Of a stretch of DNA of 32,000 nt, positions 6,380-16,304 are shown one piece after another. Under the pieces are notes generated by a model, which worked only from the letters and a program-made list of their open reading frames with translations, ran no database searches and was not told where the DNA came from. How positions within the stretch are numbered: position 1 is the first letter of the stretch; each line of letters begins with the position of its first letter. This DNA is from an uncultured Nitrososphaerota archaeon (GTDB taxonomy: Archaea; Korarchaeota; Korarchaeia; Korarchaeales; Korarchaeaceae): NCBI GenBank assembly GCA_964480775.1, contig CAYZRF010000002.1, positions 60,001-92,000 on the forward strand, written 5' to 3'. Position numbers and translations under genes: made by a program.

Positions 6380-7786
6380 CTATACTCCAAGGAATGCTTT
6401 AAGCCTTGGATATAGCTCTAACATCCTTTCTCTGGCAATGACTTCATAGAACGATATCGTGATCGTTACTCCAAGCAATAACCCGCTACCCGTTCCTATG
6501 GCCCCCGCGAAATTGGCTCCTGCTGCAAGAAGTCCAACTAGAGCCCCTCCAAGTATGGTAACGCTCTCTATGTAGTCTTCAATTACCTTCGCTATCACCT
6601 TTGAACTTGCTCTCCTTCCTGGTAGAACAAGTCCCTGTTCAACAAGTTGCCGCGACACGCTTTCAGGATCCATTCCTGCAGTAATAACCCAAATCTTTGC
6701 AAATATCACGCTAGAACCAACCATTATAGCTAGATAAATAAGAGAACGAAGAGGATCTTGGATTATATCGGTTGGGCCTCGAGGCGTGGCGATATAATAG
6801 GCTAGTCCTCCAACAGGAATTGGTTGTCCTCTGGGATCCAATTCAAAAGTGCCTAGTATGTTCATCAGGGTTTGTTGCCACCCAGTTGCTGTTTCTGAGA
6901 ATCTAGACCATACTATTTTGGCCATGAGATCTATGTCTCCCATAAGAGCAAGAGCGAATATTATTGGAACATTGCTAACATAAAGCAATCTTATCGGGTA
7001 TCTCGTTCTTTGTCCTCTCATTAATGTATGACTAATTGGAACATTGACCCTAATACCATAAGTTATTACTACAACAAGTATTACAATGATAGTAGAAGCG
7101 AGACCGATCAAATCGGGCAAGCCAGACCTATATATAGCCCCCGACTTTTCTATGATTAAGGCCGACAAGACTCCAACAACACGTCCAGTCTCAGGCACTT
7201 TAATGTTTGGAGGGGCAAAAATATTCCAAAAAACGCCAGTAGTCACGCCAGCAAGAATAAAGAGGCTAATACCACTACCAATACCCCACTTACTCACCAA
7301 ATCATCAAGCATCATCAACATCAAACTACCAAGGGAGAGTTGAATGATGACCAGTACATTTCTACTTAGCTGCATAGCACCAAATCTACCACCTATCACA
7401 TAGAAAACACTGTAAGTTATTATGAGCACTATTGAAAGGACCCTTTGAATTGCTTGGAAAAGCCTTCTGTCTTCAGGATCAGTTAGGTCCAAGCCTATGA
7501 TACCACTACCTACTAAGAGTTCTATCACTATACCTGCTGTAACTATCGGTCCAATTCCGAGTTCTATGAGACTTCCGAAAGAACCTGCAAAAATAAGCCT
7601 CAATTCTCTGAGATAATCGTATCTTGTTTCTGGAACACCCCAGAGAGGGATATTTGATAGCAAGTAATATACAACAAGCACTAAACCAGTCCATATTAGC
7701 CTCTCCTTAAGGGAAGGCCGCTGTTTAGGTCTTTCTACGGTTGGTATCCCTTTATTTATGAGAAGAATAATGTTTCTAACACTCAA
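6380..7786 (-). CDS. secY: Preprotein translocase subunit SecY
   Basis: 468-aa polytopic membrane protein with a SecY-type N-terminus (KERLIWTGLVLVVYYLLSNIPLWGV). TTG start preceded by a strong SD GAGGTGGTGAT. Follows uL15 as in all archaea. Confidence 0.95.
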   Translation of the reverse strand: MSVRNIILLINKGIPTVERPKQRPSLKERLIWTGLVLVVYYLLSNIPLWGVPETRYDYLRELRLIFAGSFGSLIELGIGPIVTAGIVIELLVGSGIIGLDLTDPEDRRLFQAIQRVLSIVLIITYSVFYVIGGRFGAMQLSRNVLVIIQLSLGSLMLMMLDDLVSKWGIGSGISLFILAGVTTGVFWNIFAPPNIKVPETGRVVGVLSALIIEKSGAIYRSGLPDLIGLASTIIVILVVVITYGIRVNVPISHTLMRGQRTRYPIRLLYVSNVPIIFALALMGDIDLMAKIVWSRFSETATGWQQTLMNILGTFELDPRGQPIPVGGLAYYIATPRGPTDIIQDPLRSLIYLAIMVGSSVIFAKIWVITAGMDPESVSRQLVEQGLVLPGRRASSKVIAKVIEDYIESVTILGGALVGLLAAGANFAGAIGTGSGLLLGVTITISFYEVIARERMLELYPRLKAFLGV

Positions 7787-7799
7787 CTATATCACCACC

Positions 7800-8252
7800 T
7801 CACTGGGCCAATATGGCCTTTCCCCCAGCCTCCTCAATTTTCTTTATAGCACTTTCTGAGAAAGCTTTACACTTAATTGTTATGGGAGAACTAAGTCTTC
7901 CCATTCCTAAAACTTTGTCATATCCTGCCTTTGTAAGATCAACCTCAATTAGTCCCTCATCTGTCTTACTAGCAAGGTTAAGCCTCAAGAAATGTCCAAT
8001 TTTCTCTTCTATCTGTCTAAGATTTATTGTCTTTTTTGGAACAGCCTTTGGCACTTTAAAGCCTCTTCTACCACGCCCAAAGTAGTCCAAATCCTTCGCA
8101 GCAGTCCATGTCCACTTGTGCTTATGAAGCCCAGCTTTGCCTCTTCCACCCCTTCTTCCTCCTCCTCTGTGCTGTCTAAGCTTTCCATATCCATGAAACC
8201 TGCTTCCACGATATTTCTTAGTTTTCTTCTCTCTCCTTGGAATCGTCTTCAT
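7800..8252 (-). CDS. rpl15: Ribosomal protein uL15
   Basis: KKYRGSRFHGYGKLRQHRGGGRRGGRGKAGLHKHKW glycine/arginine-rich N-terminus, plus conserved operon position. Confidence 0.93.
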   Translation of the reverse strand: MKTIPRREKKTKKYRGSRFHGYGKLRQHRGGGRRGGRGKAGLHKHKWTWTAAKDLDYFGRGRRGFKVPKAVPKKTINLRQIEEKIGHFLRLNLASKTDEGLIEVDLTKAGYDKVLGMGRLSSPITIKCKAFSESAIKKIEEAGGKAILAQ

Positions 8253-8253
8253 A

Positions 8254-8745
8254 TCATATCATCCTCCTCAATAGTTCATTTATATCATTTCCTCGATACC
8301 CAAGCTCTCCCTTATCCTTCCATGCTCTTTTTGTGCTTCGTTTGAATCCTTTTCTCGGCGGCCTGAGTCTGAAGTAGGGCTTTAACCAGCCTATTTTATG
8401 AAATTTAACCTTATCATTAATTATGGCTCTAGCAAGATCTTCTATGCTGTTGAATTCGGTGTTTTCTGATAACCACTCATCTGTAAGCTTTCCACCATTT
8501 TTTAGCTCACCACGTTCTCTAAGAAGAAGAGAGAGGGTATCCAAGTCTATTTCTCCATAAGTTGAGTAATCCTTAATCCTGTTCAACATTCCTAGCTGGG
8601 TTGGTTCTTTAGGAATTATTGTAGCTCTAAATTTTCTTTTTAGATGAAGCATCTCCATTGTCGTTCGAACCTCTGGTCTAGCGTCAATAAGGCCTCTTAT
8701 CCTTATAACAGCCATAACTCTGCCATCGGAGCCCGTTCCTTTCAT
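8254..8745 (-). CDS. rpl30: Ribosomal protein uL30
   Basis: MAVIRIRGLIDARPEVRTTMEMLHLKRKFRATIIP. The true start may be the internal Met at residue 11. Confidence 0.92.
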   Translation of the reverse strand: MKGTGSDGRVMAVIRIRGLIDARPEVRTTMEMLHLKRKFRATIIPKEPTQLGMLNRIKDYSTYGEIDLDTLSLLLRERGELKNGGKLTDEWLSENTEFNSIEDLARAIINDKVKFHKIGWLKPYFRLRPPRKGFKRSTKRAWKDKGELGYRGNDINELLRRMI

Positions 8746-8811
8746 TTATAATTCCTCCAAGACCAAATGATCGATTTCAACACCTCAGATCTTGAACCCA
8801 CTTTTAAGGAT

Positions 8812-9453
8812 TCATATCTCTGATCTAGACACGAACTCTCTTTCCCCAACTGGTAACTGAATTGCCATCAGGTTTCTAAGTGCATTATGGATTGCAAAAG
8901 CATAATTCATTCTATTTCTCGTATTTCCCCTGGAGAAGACCCTTATATCTTTAATTCCTCCAAGAGATAGGATCACCTTAGCAACCTCGTTTGCAACAAG
9001 CCCAGCCCCCCTAGGGGCTGGAATAAGTTTTACTCTAACTGAACCCATCTTTCCAGAAACCGTGGCTGGTATCGAGTGCGGTCTACCACACCCACATTCC
9101 CAAGAACCACAACCCTTTCTAACCCTAATTAGATTGAGCTTAGCCCTTTTTATCGCATCGTTAAAAGCATCCCGAAATTCCTTACCCTTTCCTCTTCCAA
9201 CCCCAATGTAATCAGATCCGTCCCCTATCGCTATTACAAGTCTTAAACTGCTAAGCTCTCCAGCATCAGTTTGCCTCTGTACCCTTCTAACCTCTATGAT
9301 CTCTCGTCTTAACTCTGGTAGCAAAATGTCAACTATTTCAGGTTCTCTAATAACAAGCCCCTTTTTGAAAATTTCATCCAATGACTTTATTTTTCCCTCA
9401 GCAACTAGCTTTCCAAGCCTGGTTCTTGGAACCCATTCTTCTTCTAGACTCAA
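8812..9453 (-). CDS. rps5: Ribosomal protein uS5
   Basis: VQRQTDAGELSSLRLVIAIGDGSDYIGVGRGKGKEF...GSVRVKLIPAPRGAGLVA. Confidence 0.94.
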   Translation of the reverse strand: MSLEEEWVPRTRLGKLVAEGKIKSLDEIFKKGLVIREPEIVDILLPELRREIIEVRRVQRQTDAGELSSLRLVIAIGDGSDYIGVGRGKGKEFRDAFNDAIKRAKLNLIRVRKGCGSWECGCGRPHSIPATVSGKMGSVRVKLIPAPRGAGLVANEVAKVILSLGGIKDIRVFSRGNTRNRMNYAFAIHNALRNLMAIQLPVGEREFVSRSEI

Positions 9454-9470
9454 ATCATGGCACCCCCATT

Positions 9471-10082
9471 CTAAGCATTAAGCTTCCCTACTTCCTCCCC
9501 TATCTTTTCTAAAACTAATTGAAAGACCTTAGGAATCTCTTCGGGATCAACTTCCTTCTTCCGATATTCAGAAAATATTCTATCATAAAATTCTTCTCCT
9601 CTCTCCTTTAAAGCAAGAGCTAGTTCGGCTATATGTTTACCTTCTATCCTTTCCTGCTCAGGTAGGATCTCATCAGAGTGAGGGATCAAAATTCCAGCAT
9701 CTAAGGCTCCTTTAAGTGCGGCATAAAGTCTAGAACCCCTTGTTGAAGGGTATCTTCCTATGTCCAAAATCGCCTCCTTTATGCCAGCCTTTATCGCTCT
9801 TAGAGCAGCCATATAACCTGTAAGATATGCTGCAGGAAGATTTTTACAAGAAAATGACCAACCAAATTTCTCCAATTCTTTAGAATATGCGTAAGCGAGG
9901 ACTTCATCTCCTTCCAACTTAGATTTAACAAATTGAACCGTGACGAACCTGTCACTCCTTCGGACAACCATTCTGATTTTTCCACTTTTTAGAAGAGCAA
10001 GTCTTTTATGATAGTCTGTTTTTCCTTCCCTTCTCCTTCTAAATTTAACTTTGTATCTAGCTGATCTTGCCAACTCACTCAC
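9471..10082 (-). CDS. rpl18: Ribosomal protein uL18
   Basis: YKVKFRRRREGKTDYHKRLALLKSGKIRMVVRRS. GTG start overlaps the eL19 stop. Confidence 0.93.
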   Translation of the reverse strand: MSELARSARYKVKFRRRREGKTDYHKRLALLKSGKIRMVVRRSDRFVTVQFVKSKLEGDEVLAYAYSKELEKFGWSFSCKNLPAAYLTGYMAALRAIKAGIKEAILDIGRYPSTRGSRLYAALKGALDAGILIPHSDEILPEQERIEGKHIAELALALKERGEEFYDRIFSEYRKKEVDPEEIPKVFQLVLEKIGEEVGKLNA

Positions 10083-10512
10083 CTCTCGCGGGTACCACCC
10101 GTCTTCTCACATGAGATTTCAAGTGAGCGACGCTTGAAAACGTAGAAAGTCGGGGATAAAGCTCTCTGTATTCCTTTTTGCTTATTATCCCGCGATCTCT
10201 CATTTCTCTAAGGGTTTTTCTAAGAGCTCTTATCTTTCTCATCCACCTCATCTTCTTACTTAATCTAGCATACTTACTACCCTTATAGCTCCCAGGACCC
10301 CTTCTCTTACCTTTTCGAGCTCTGGCTCTTGCTCTGCTTGTTCCTCTTTTTTGAAGTACTTTAATTGCCCCTTGAGCAATTAATCTATCTATGTCTCTTC
10401 TGGTAACTGCTTCCTCTATATCTTCTATCTTCTCTGGGTCAAATTTAATGCGATCTATCCCCACACCAGCCACCTTGGCTGCTATTTTCTTTTGGTACTT
10501 TAGATCGGTCAT
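10075..10512 (-). CDS. rpl19e: Ribosomal protein eL19 (L19e)
   Basis: LKYQKKIAAKVAGVGIDRIKFDPEKIEDIEEAVTRRDIDRLI. ATGA overlap with eL32. Confidence 0.93.
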   Translation of the reverse strand: MTDLKYQKKIAAKVAGVGIDRIKFDPEKIEDIEEAVTRRDIDRLIAQGAIKVLQKRGTSRARARARKGKRRGPGSYKGSKYARLSKKMRWMRKIRALRKTLREMRDRGIISKKEYRELYPRLSTFSSVAHLKSHVRRRVVPARGE

Positions 10513-10904
10513 GGTTTCTCCCCAACCCCCCCTCTTGTGACTTTAATTCCTAACTCCTTTGCTTTCTCAATCAAAAGGAGCCTTTTTCTCCTTCCAACGG
10601 TTTTACCGATGTATACAATGACTTTTCCCCTTACTTCTTTGGGGATTCTTTCAAGATCAGAAACGCTATGAACTACCTTGGGTATAAGTCCTGTAGGATG
10701 CAAACCCCTAATCTTTTCTGGGTTCTTATAACCTATTGAAGGAACTTTTGGTTGGCCTTTCTTTCTCATCCTTTGCTTATTATCGATGCCGCGCGGTCTT
10801 CTCCAAGAAGTAAGACCATGACCATGCAAGTATCTTCCTACGTTTAAGAACTTGGGTTTTTTCTTCTTTAGCTTTAGAAGATTCTTTGATGAAGCCTTGC
10901 TCAT
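10509..10904 (-). CDS. rpl32e: Ribosomal protein eL32 (L32e)
   Basis: WRRPRGIDNKQRMRKKGQPKVPSIGYKNPEKIRGLHPTG. Confidence 0.93.
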   Translation of the reverse strand: MSKASSKNLLKLKKKKPKFLNVGRYLHGHGLTSWRRPRGIDNKQRMRKKGQPKVPSIGYKNPEKIRGLHPTGLIPKVVHSVSDLERIPKEVRGKVIVYIGKTVGRRKRLLLIEKAKELGIKVTRGGVGEKP

Positions 10905-10906
10905 TT

Positions 10907-11494
10907 TTATCCCTCCTTAAGAACGTATATACCATCCATAAATACTCGCGGATCCTTTCTTCGTATCTTGGTGGCCTGCCTTAAGTTCGCAGCCGTTTGT
11001 CCTACTTCTTCCTTTGAAATTCCTTCAACAATTATTTGATCTTCTTTGACGGTCACCTTAGTCGAGTCCCCTATTATCTTAGCCCTTCTTGGTTTCTTTT
11101 CACCAAGAAAGTTGTGTATGAGAATCGTTCTGTTAGCTTCATCCACTTCTACTCTAATTGGAAAGTGTGCAAATGCAACAATAAGCTTTTTCCTGAACCC
11201 CCGTGTTACTCCTATCATCATATTTTTCAAATGAGACTTCATCGTGTTCAGATAAGATCTCTCAAATTTCCTTGGATTAAATACTCTTAAAACCACCTTG
11301 TGAGTCTTATCATTTACTTCTATATGCAAGAGTCTAGAATTAAATTTCTTTCTCAATTCACCTTTTGGACCCCTAACTACAATTTCTTCCCCTTCTATTG
11401 ATACATTAACTTCTTTTTCTATGTCAACTTCTAATGATAAGGAGAAATCAGCGATTTTGTTCCAAACCTTTGTTGGAATTTCAGTTTTGCTCAT
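10907..11494 (-). CDS. rpl6: Ribosomal protein uL6
   Basis: Two-domain L6 pattern (VSIEGEEIVVRGPKGEL...GVTRGFRKKLIVAFAHFPI), plus operon position. Confidence 0.93.
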   Translation of the reverse strand: MSKTEIPTKVWNKIADFSLSLEVDIEKEVNVSIEGEEIVVRGPKGELRKKFNSRLLHIEVNDKTHKVVLRVFNPRKFERSYLNTMKSHLKNMMIGVTRGFRKKLIVAFAHFPIRVEVDEANRTILIHNFLGEKKPRRAKIIGDSTKVTVKEDQIIVEGISKEEVGQTAANLRQATKIRRKDPRVFMDGIYVLKEG

Positions 11495-11506
11495 TTTGTA
11501 ATCACC

Positions 11507-11899
11507 CTAATAACAGTACGCTATGAGAACCCCGCCCACTCCCAATTTTTTGGCTTCTTTATGAGACATGACCCCCTGGGAAGTCGAAACGATTATAACG
11601 CCTATGTCTCTGGCGGGCAAGAAAAGCTTCTCCCATGGCTCAAAATCATCTTTCTTTACCGAGAATCTGGGCTTTATACTCCCTGCTTTATTAATTTTCC
11701 CTAAAAGCTCGACTTTGTATTTTGCATGCCCTCCTTCGTATACTCTCTCAAATCTTCCAATGTAACCTTCTTTCTGTAAAATACTCAGGACTTTTCCAAT
11801 CAATTTTGAGGCTATGTCGATCGTAACTTCTCTTTTTCCAACTATAGAGGCGTTTGTTATCTTGCTAAGGGCATCTGCTAGAGGATCCATTCTAGTCAT
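11507..11899 (-). CDS. rps8: Ribosomal protein uS8
   Basis: [22 protein letters not shown]...[31 protein letters not shown]. Confidence 0.94.
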   Translation of the reverse strand: MTRMDPLADALSKITNASIVGKREVTIDIASKLIGKVLSILQKEGYIGRFERVYEGGHAKYKVELLGKINKAGSIKPRFSVKKDDFEPWEKLFLPARDIGVIIVSTSQGVMSHKEAKKLGVGGVLIAYCY

Positions 11900-11911
11900 T
11901 TTACTTTCCCC

Positions 11912-12073
11912 TCACTCATACTTCTTCCATCCCATAAGGGGCGCCACTTCCCTGAAACACTGCCGACACAGGTACAGGTTGTACTTTCTTATGATGCCAT
12001 ATCCCACCCTACCACAGCGTCGACATCGATAAGCCCCCTTGCCTTTCGTTTTCTTTCTGGCCTCCATAGCCAT
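11912..12073 (-). CDS. rps14: Ribosomal protein uS14 (type Z, zinc-binding); too short for the supplied ORF track
   Basis: Hand translation of the minus strand gives [53 protein letters not shown] (53 aa, CxxC...CxxC). SD AGGTGAT lies upstream. It sits exactly between uL5 and uS8. Confidence 0.88.
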   Translation of the reverse strand: MAMEARKKTKGKGAYRCRRCGRVGYGIIRKYNLYLCRQCFREVAPLMGWKKYE

Positions 12074-12074
12074 A

Positions 12075-12650
12075 CTAATCACCTTCCTCTACTATCTCAA
12101 GATTTAGATAATTCTTAGCGAAGACGATTGCCTCCTCTTTCGAGATAAGATGTTTTCTAGGAATATGACTTCTTTTAACTCTTCTCCTTTTTACCCTATA
12201 ACCAGCTCGTTCTAATGCAACATTGACATCCATACCAAATACGCCAATTTCGGCTTTATACTTAATTCCAGGGATATCAATGTGTTCCTTTATACCAAAA
12301 GAAAAGTTACCGAACTCATCAAATGAACTGGCTTTTATTCTCCTCCCCACGCCCTCCACAATTCTATCCAAGATTTCTAAAGCCCTCTTTCCCCTAATAG
12401 TGACAGAAACCGCTATAGGTTCTCCTTTTCTAATTCCAAAATTCCTTATCGTTCGTTTTGCTCTGTGTATGACTGGCTTTTGACTGGAAAGCTCCTCCAA
12501 AATCGAAGATGCCTTTTGTAAAATTTCACCACCACGACCTGGACAAATATGTAATGTTACTGAATGAACTCTTGGCATTAATGTCGGATTTTTCCTCCAT
12601 TTTTGGATAATTTCTTCCTCCATTGATATAGTATGTAGCCCAGAACTCAT
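12075..12650 (-). CDS. rpl5: Ribosomal protein uL5
   Basis: [15 protein letters not shown]...[23 protein letters not shown]...FGMDVNV. Confidence 0.93.
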   Translation of the reverse strand: MSSGLHTISMEEEIIQKWRKNPTLMPRVHSVTLHICPGRGGEILQKASSILEELSSQKPVIHRAKRTIRNFGIRKGEPIAVSVTIRGKRALEILDRIVEGVGRRIKASSFDEFGNFSFGIKEHIDIPGIKYKAEIGVFGMDVNVALERAGYRVKRRRVKRSHIPRKHLISKEEAIVFAKNYLNLEIVEEGD

Positions 12651-13372
12651 TCTTCTCTCACCCTTATAGCTGGTACGCCTTCTCCAACCACCATTATATT
12701 TCTAGCAAGAACTCTGTACACCCTATCTGGCTGATCTACGTCTTTGGTCTCGATAAGATCACTAACTTTCTCTACTTTACAAATTCTACCCGCGTTCTCT
12801 CCTCTGAGAATGATTCCAACAAAACCCTCTTTAAGTGGGAAATACCGAAGTATCTCCTGACTAGGGACTTCTATCAGAAGAGAATCTCCCACAGAAAGTC
12901 CAGAATATTCACTGTCTCGATCAATAACAAAAGTTCTACCATCATGGGTACCTATCTGAAGTTTTCCTTCTTTAAATGTTACTTTCCTTTTGATTTTAAC
13001 TATTTTCTTATTAGCATCCTCCTTTGGAATTTCAATGGACTTTATGAGGTGCTTAGTGTCAGGAACTAGTCGTAAGTAAAGATCCATTTCTGGGATAGAA
13101 ATTACATCCATCAATCCTACAATGAATTTGTAGTCGTATCTCGGCTTTCCATCAACAAAGACTTTTTTCTGAGATATTATCTTACGGGCCTCTTTTCCAG
13201 TTAAGGCTAAACCTAAAACATCTCTTACCAAGATAAGGAGAGGAATTCCATCTTCTATCCTGTGAGGACCAGGCTTAGGTCTCGCTGCCCACTTTTTTAT
13301 TCTTCTTGGAACTGGCCAGTGTTTAGGGCTGGCCAATCTTTTGAGATGTGCGGTACTACCTTTTCTACCCAT
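12647..13372 (-). CDS. rps4e: Ribosomal protein eS4 (S4e)
   Basis: GSTAHLKRLASPKHWPVPRRIKKWAARPKPGPH.... 4-nt overlap with uL5. Confidence 0.94.
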   Translation of the reverse strand: MGRKGSTAHLKRLASPKHWPVPRRIKKWAARPKPGPHRIEDGIPLLILVRDVLGLALTGKEARKIISQKKVFVDGKPRYDYKFIVGLMDVISIPEMDLYLRLVPDTKHLIKSIEIPKEDANKKIVKIKRKVTFKEGKLQIGTHDGRTFVIDRDSEYSGLSVGDSLLIEVPSQEILRYFPLKEGFVGIILRGENAGRICKVEKVSDLIETKDVDQPDRVYRVLARNIMVVGEGVPAIRVREE

Positions 13373-13741
13373 TTAGCCCCCCCTCCTTTCTAATGCTGCC
13401 TTTCTTTCCTCATCTTTCAAGTCTAATTCTATAATCATAACTTTAGAAGGATGAATGGGTATTGGTACTTCCGTTCCATCAACTTTTCTTCGTCTTAAGC
13501 CCTCTATGTGAATCCTGTATTTCTTTCTGTCTACTTTAATTACCTTGCCTTCATGCATCTTGTAATCTCCTCTTAGTATTACAACCTTGTCTCCAACCTT
13601 GATCGGGAAAGACCTTGTAAGATATTTATCTCTGAGTTCTGGAGACAAGTGAGCTGACATGATCTTGCCTCGATGGTGTTTCGGGGCTCTATATAAGTAC
13701 TTTCTTTGTTTCGATGGTTTAGATGATTTAGGTCTTTTCAT
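13373..13741 (-). CDS. rpl24: Ribosomal protein uL24
   Basis: KOW motif [23 protein letters not shown] prefer the ATG at 13741 ([14 protein letters not shown]..., SD GAGGTG 7 nt upstream) over the TTG at 13762 given in the track. Confidence 0.9.
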   Translation of the reverse strand: MKRPKSSKPSKQRKYLYRAPKHHRGKIMSAHLSPELRDKYLTRSFPIKVGDKVVILRGDYKMHEGKVIKVDRKKYRIHIEGLRRRKVDGTEVPIPIHPSKVMIIELDLKDEERKAALERRGG

Positions 13742-13754
13742 AAACAACACCTCT

Positions 13755-14183
13755 TCATACAACGGTTGCTGCTAATGCGCCCAGGGCTGGCCAACGTTCT
13801 ATTGCTTCTTTAGCAATCGGACCCTTAACCTCGCTACCTTTAGGAACTCCCTCGTTGTCTACTAGAACTGCAGCGTTGTCCTCAAACTGAATCCATTGTC
13901 CGTTCTTCCTCCTGTAAGCTTTTTTCTGCCTAACAACTACTGCTCTCATTGGTTTGTGCATGAGTTCATTTTTACCCTTTTTTACTACAACTACCACCAT
14001 ATCTCCGACACTTGCAGAAGGCAACCGGCCCTTTCTACCTTTGTATCCCACCGTACCAACTACTTCTAATATTCTAGCGCCAGTATTGTCCGCACATTTG
14101 ATTCTGGCAAGTGTTGGAAGGCCACGAGTTATTTTAGGTTTAACGCCTTGAACCTTGCGTCTCCTTGCAAGCCTTCTAGCCAA
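13755..14183 (-). CDS. rpl14: Ribosomal protein uL14
   Basis: [49 protein letters not shown] start preceded by SD GGAGGGTGA (14187-14195). Confidence 0.94.
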   Translation of the reverse strand: MARRLARRRKVQGVKPKITRGLPTLARIKCADNTGARILEVVGTVGYKGRKGRLPSASVGDMVVVVVKKGKNELMHKPMRAVVVRQKKAYRRKNGQWIQFEDNAAVLVDNEGVPKGSEVKGPIAKEAIERWPALGALAATVV

Positions 14184-14225
14184 GTTTCACCCTCCCTAGT
14201 CTCGCAGGAGATCCAGCCTAACAGG

Positions 14226-14233
14226 TATAAAAA
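14226..14233 (-). promoter_or_regulatory. Candidate TATA box (TTTTTATA) for the uL14-to-cbf5 operon
   Basis: The minus strand reads CAAACTTTTTATACC about 43-50 nt upstream of the uL14 TTG. The predicted transcription start is near 14202, leaving a short leader that contains the SD. It lies in the 63-nt gap after the FAD-oxidoreductase stop. Confidence 0.4.
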
Positions 14234-14246
14234 GTTTGAACATCCT

Positions 14247-15644
14247 TTAACTGAAACTTAGTTTACCCGCAATATCCCTTCCAATTATGACTCCGGAGGC
14301 AGAAGCTTGGAGAAGTCCTCTAGACACTCCAGCAGCATCTCCTCCAGCATAAAGACCCTTTACTTTGAGACTTTCAAGATTACTTCCTAGCTCTAGTTTT
14401 GCTGTGTGAAGCTTTATCTCCACACCATAAAGGAGCGTGTGGTCCGAGTATATTCCAGGCATTAATTCATTTAATGCCCTCAAAGTCTCAATTATATCAG
14501 TAAGATACCTATATGGAAGAACAAAACTAAGATCTCCTGGAACAGCCCCTTCTAAGGTTGGCTTTACTATGCTTCGTTGGATGCGGTTAGGAGTACTCCT
14601 TCTTCCTCTTACAAGGTCTCCTAGCCTTTGTATCAGAGGCTGATTTCCTGCTATGTTGTTGGCTAATCTTGCTATGTCTAAAGCGTATGATATCGTGTTT
14701 TCAAATGGTTCAGTGAACTTTGTAGAAACTAACAGGGCGAAGTTAGTGTTTTCTGTCAACTCATCCCCTTTAGACAATCCATTAACCGTCACGATCCCCC
14801 AATAAGATTCGGTTATGACCTCCCCTCCAGGATTCACACAGAACATCCTAACTTTATCATCAAAAGTCTTTGAGTAGTACACGAGCTTAGGTTCGTACAA
14901 CACATCTGTAAATTCCCTCATTGTCTCTGCCGGCACTTCTACTCTAACGCCTAGATCAATCCTACCCCCTTCAACTCCAAGGGATAGGCGTTTTGCTTCT
15001 TTAACTAACCAATCTGCTCCAACACGTCCAGGAGCTGCGACAACAAATCTAGATCGTATGATTTCGCCCCCTTGAATCCGAACTCCATCTATTTTACCAT
15101 TCCTTGCGATGATGTGCTCTACTTTCTTTCCAAAAAGCATTGTTACTCCGAGATCTTTTAGAACGTGTTTAAAATTGCTAAGCACCTTTCTACTTCCGCT
15201 TAGCCCCATATGTCTAACCTTATAGGGAATAAGTAGAAACCCATGTTTGTAAGCCTTGCGCTTTAATTCGCTTATCTTATTGGAATTTGTGCCCCAAAGC
15301 TTTTTAGGAGCTCCCATCTTGACGTAAAGGCTATCAACATATGAAATTATCTTAATAAGACGCTTCTCTGGGACAAACTCATATAGAGAGCCCCCAACTC
15401 TGTCACTCAGGTTTATCTTACCATCACTAAAAGCCCCTGCGCCACCAAATCCTGACATAATTGAACAAACAGGACATAAGGTACATTTTCCAGTAATCCA
15501 GGCGGGGCATCTCCTTTCCTCCAAATCTGGACCCAAATCAAGGATTATTACGTCCGCATCTGGATGATTCTGCTTTATCTCATAGGCAGCAAATATTCCA
15601 GTAGGACCTGCTCCAATTATTACAACATCATGGGTTTCTGGCAA
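14247..15644 (-). CDS. FAD-dependent oxidoreductase (uncharacterized dehydrogenase family, COG2509-like)
   Basis: Rossmann dinucleotide motif VVIIGAGPTGIFAAYE at the N-terminus. CPVCSIMSGFGGAGAFSDGKINLS and C-terminal LYAGGDAAG motifs are typical of this family. Confidence 0.8.
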   Translation of the reverse strand: MPETHDVVIIGAGPTGIFAAYEIKQNHPDADVIILDLGPDLEERRCPAWITGKCTLCPVCSIMSGFGGAGAFSDGKINLSDRVGGSLYEFVPEKRLIKIISYVDSLYVKMGAPKKLWGTNSNKISELKRKAYKHGFLLIPYKVRHMGLSGSRKVLSNFKHVLKDLGVTMLFGKKVEHIIARNGKIDGVRIQGGEIIRSRFVVAAPGRVGADWLVKEAKRLSLGVEGGRIDLGVRVEVPAETMREFTDVLYEPKLVYYSKTFDDKVRMFCVNPGGEVITESYWGIVTVNGLSKGDELTENTNFALLVSTKFTEPFENTISYALDIARLANNIAGNQPLIQRLGDLVRGRRSTPNRIQRSIVKPTLEGAVPGDLSFVLPYRYLTDIIETLRALNELMPGIYSDHTLLYGVEIKLHTAKLELGSNLESLKVKGLYAGGDAAGVSRGLLQASASGVIIGRDIAGKLSFS

Positions 15645-15756
15645 GACTAAACCCTCTCAGCCTTGCCAGTCGCAAATAAAAGCATTACTGAGAGAAAATT
15701 TTAACTCTACGTAAAATAAAAAATCGTAGCCCGTCCTCTTATTTTTAGATCCAGTT

Positions 15757-16149
15757 ATGAAAAAAGACTCTGAAGAGATCGTAGAAGTAGACGAAAGAAA
15801 GAAGATAAAAGAACTTTTATCGCTCCTCTCAATAAGGAGCAGAGAGAAAGTAATTTGGGTTTTGGAAAACGAAAGAGTCACCAAGTATGTTTTCATACCT
15901 AGTCGTAGGGAGATCTGGGTAGTTAGCGGAGAAGGAGGGGACTACTTGGTATTGGGAGATTATTACTGCGCTTGCTTAGACTTCTACTTGGAATCCTTGG
16001 TCAAGATAAAGAGAGCTTATTGTTACCACATCATTGCTAAAAAAATCGCGGAATTAACAGGTAAATACCATACATACGAAGTTCCCGACTCTGAATTTGA
16101 AAATCTTGTAAACGATTTGTTAAAGCAAGCTCTAGACCTCTCTAAATAG
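15757..16149 (+). CDS. Small SWIM zinc-finger protein
   Basis: CxCxnCxH signature: YYCACLDFYLESLVKIKRAYCYHIIA. 130 aa. Confidence 0.7.
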   Translation: MKKDSEEIVEVDERKKIKELLSLLSIRSREKVIWVLENERVTKYVFIPSRREIWVVSGEGGDYLVLGDYYCACLDFYLESLVKIKRAYCYHIIAKKIAELTGKYHTYEVPDSEFENLVNDLLKQALDLSK

Positions 16150-16304
16150 CTATTTAGTGAAATTTTCTATTTTCTAGCATGATAGCGGTTTTCCAAAAAT
16201 ACAAAATTCAAGTGAATAAACATCATTTGGCAGTAACATTTATCATACTGATCTGAATGCGTAATGGTGAATTCCATTAATTCTATTATAGTGAGGTGTA
16301 GGTA

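Noticed and set aside
15657-15896. 79-aa minus-strand ORF overlapping the SWIM gene start
   Set aside because: The sequence is low-complexity and S/F/L-rich. It overlaps the promoter region and the 5' part of a plus-strand ORF that has a clear SWIM signature. It has no SD or motif.
16142-16157. Perfect 16-nt palindrome CTAAATAGCTATTTAG spanning the SWIM gene stop codon
   Set aside because: It is AT-only apart from the central GC. About one such palindrome is expected by chance in 32 kb of AT-rich DNA. At most it is a weak terminator hairpin followed by T-runs.
16170-16260. Possible C/D-box sRNA (ATGATA ... CTGA) in the SWIM/HTH intergenic region, and a similar CTGATG near 17205
   Set aside because: The C-box candidates lack the conserved UGAUGA tandem G-A core. 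The box spacing does not fit the C-D'-C'-D architecture. The region is not GC-enriched the way the tRNAs are.
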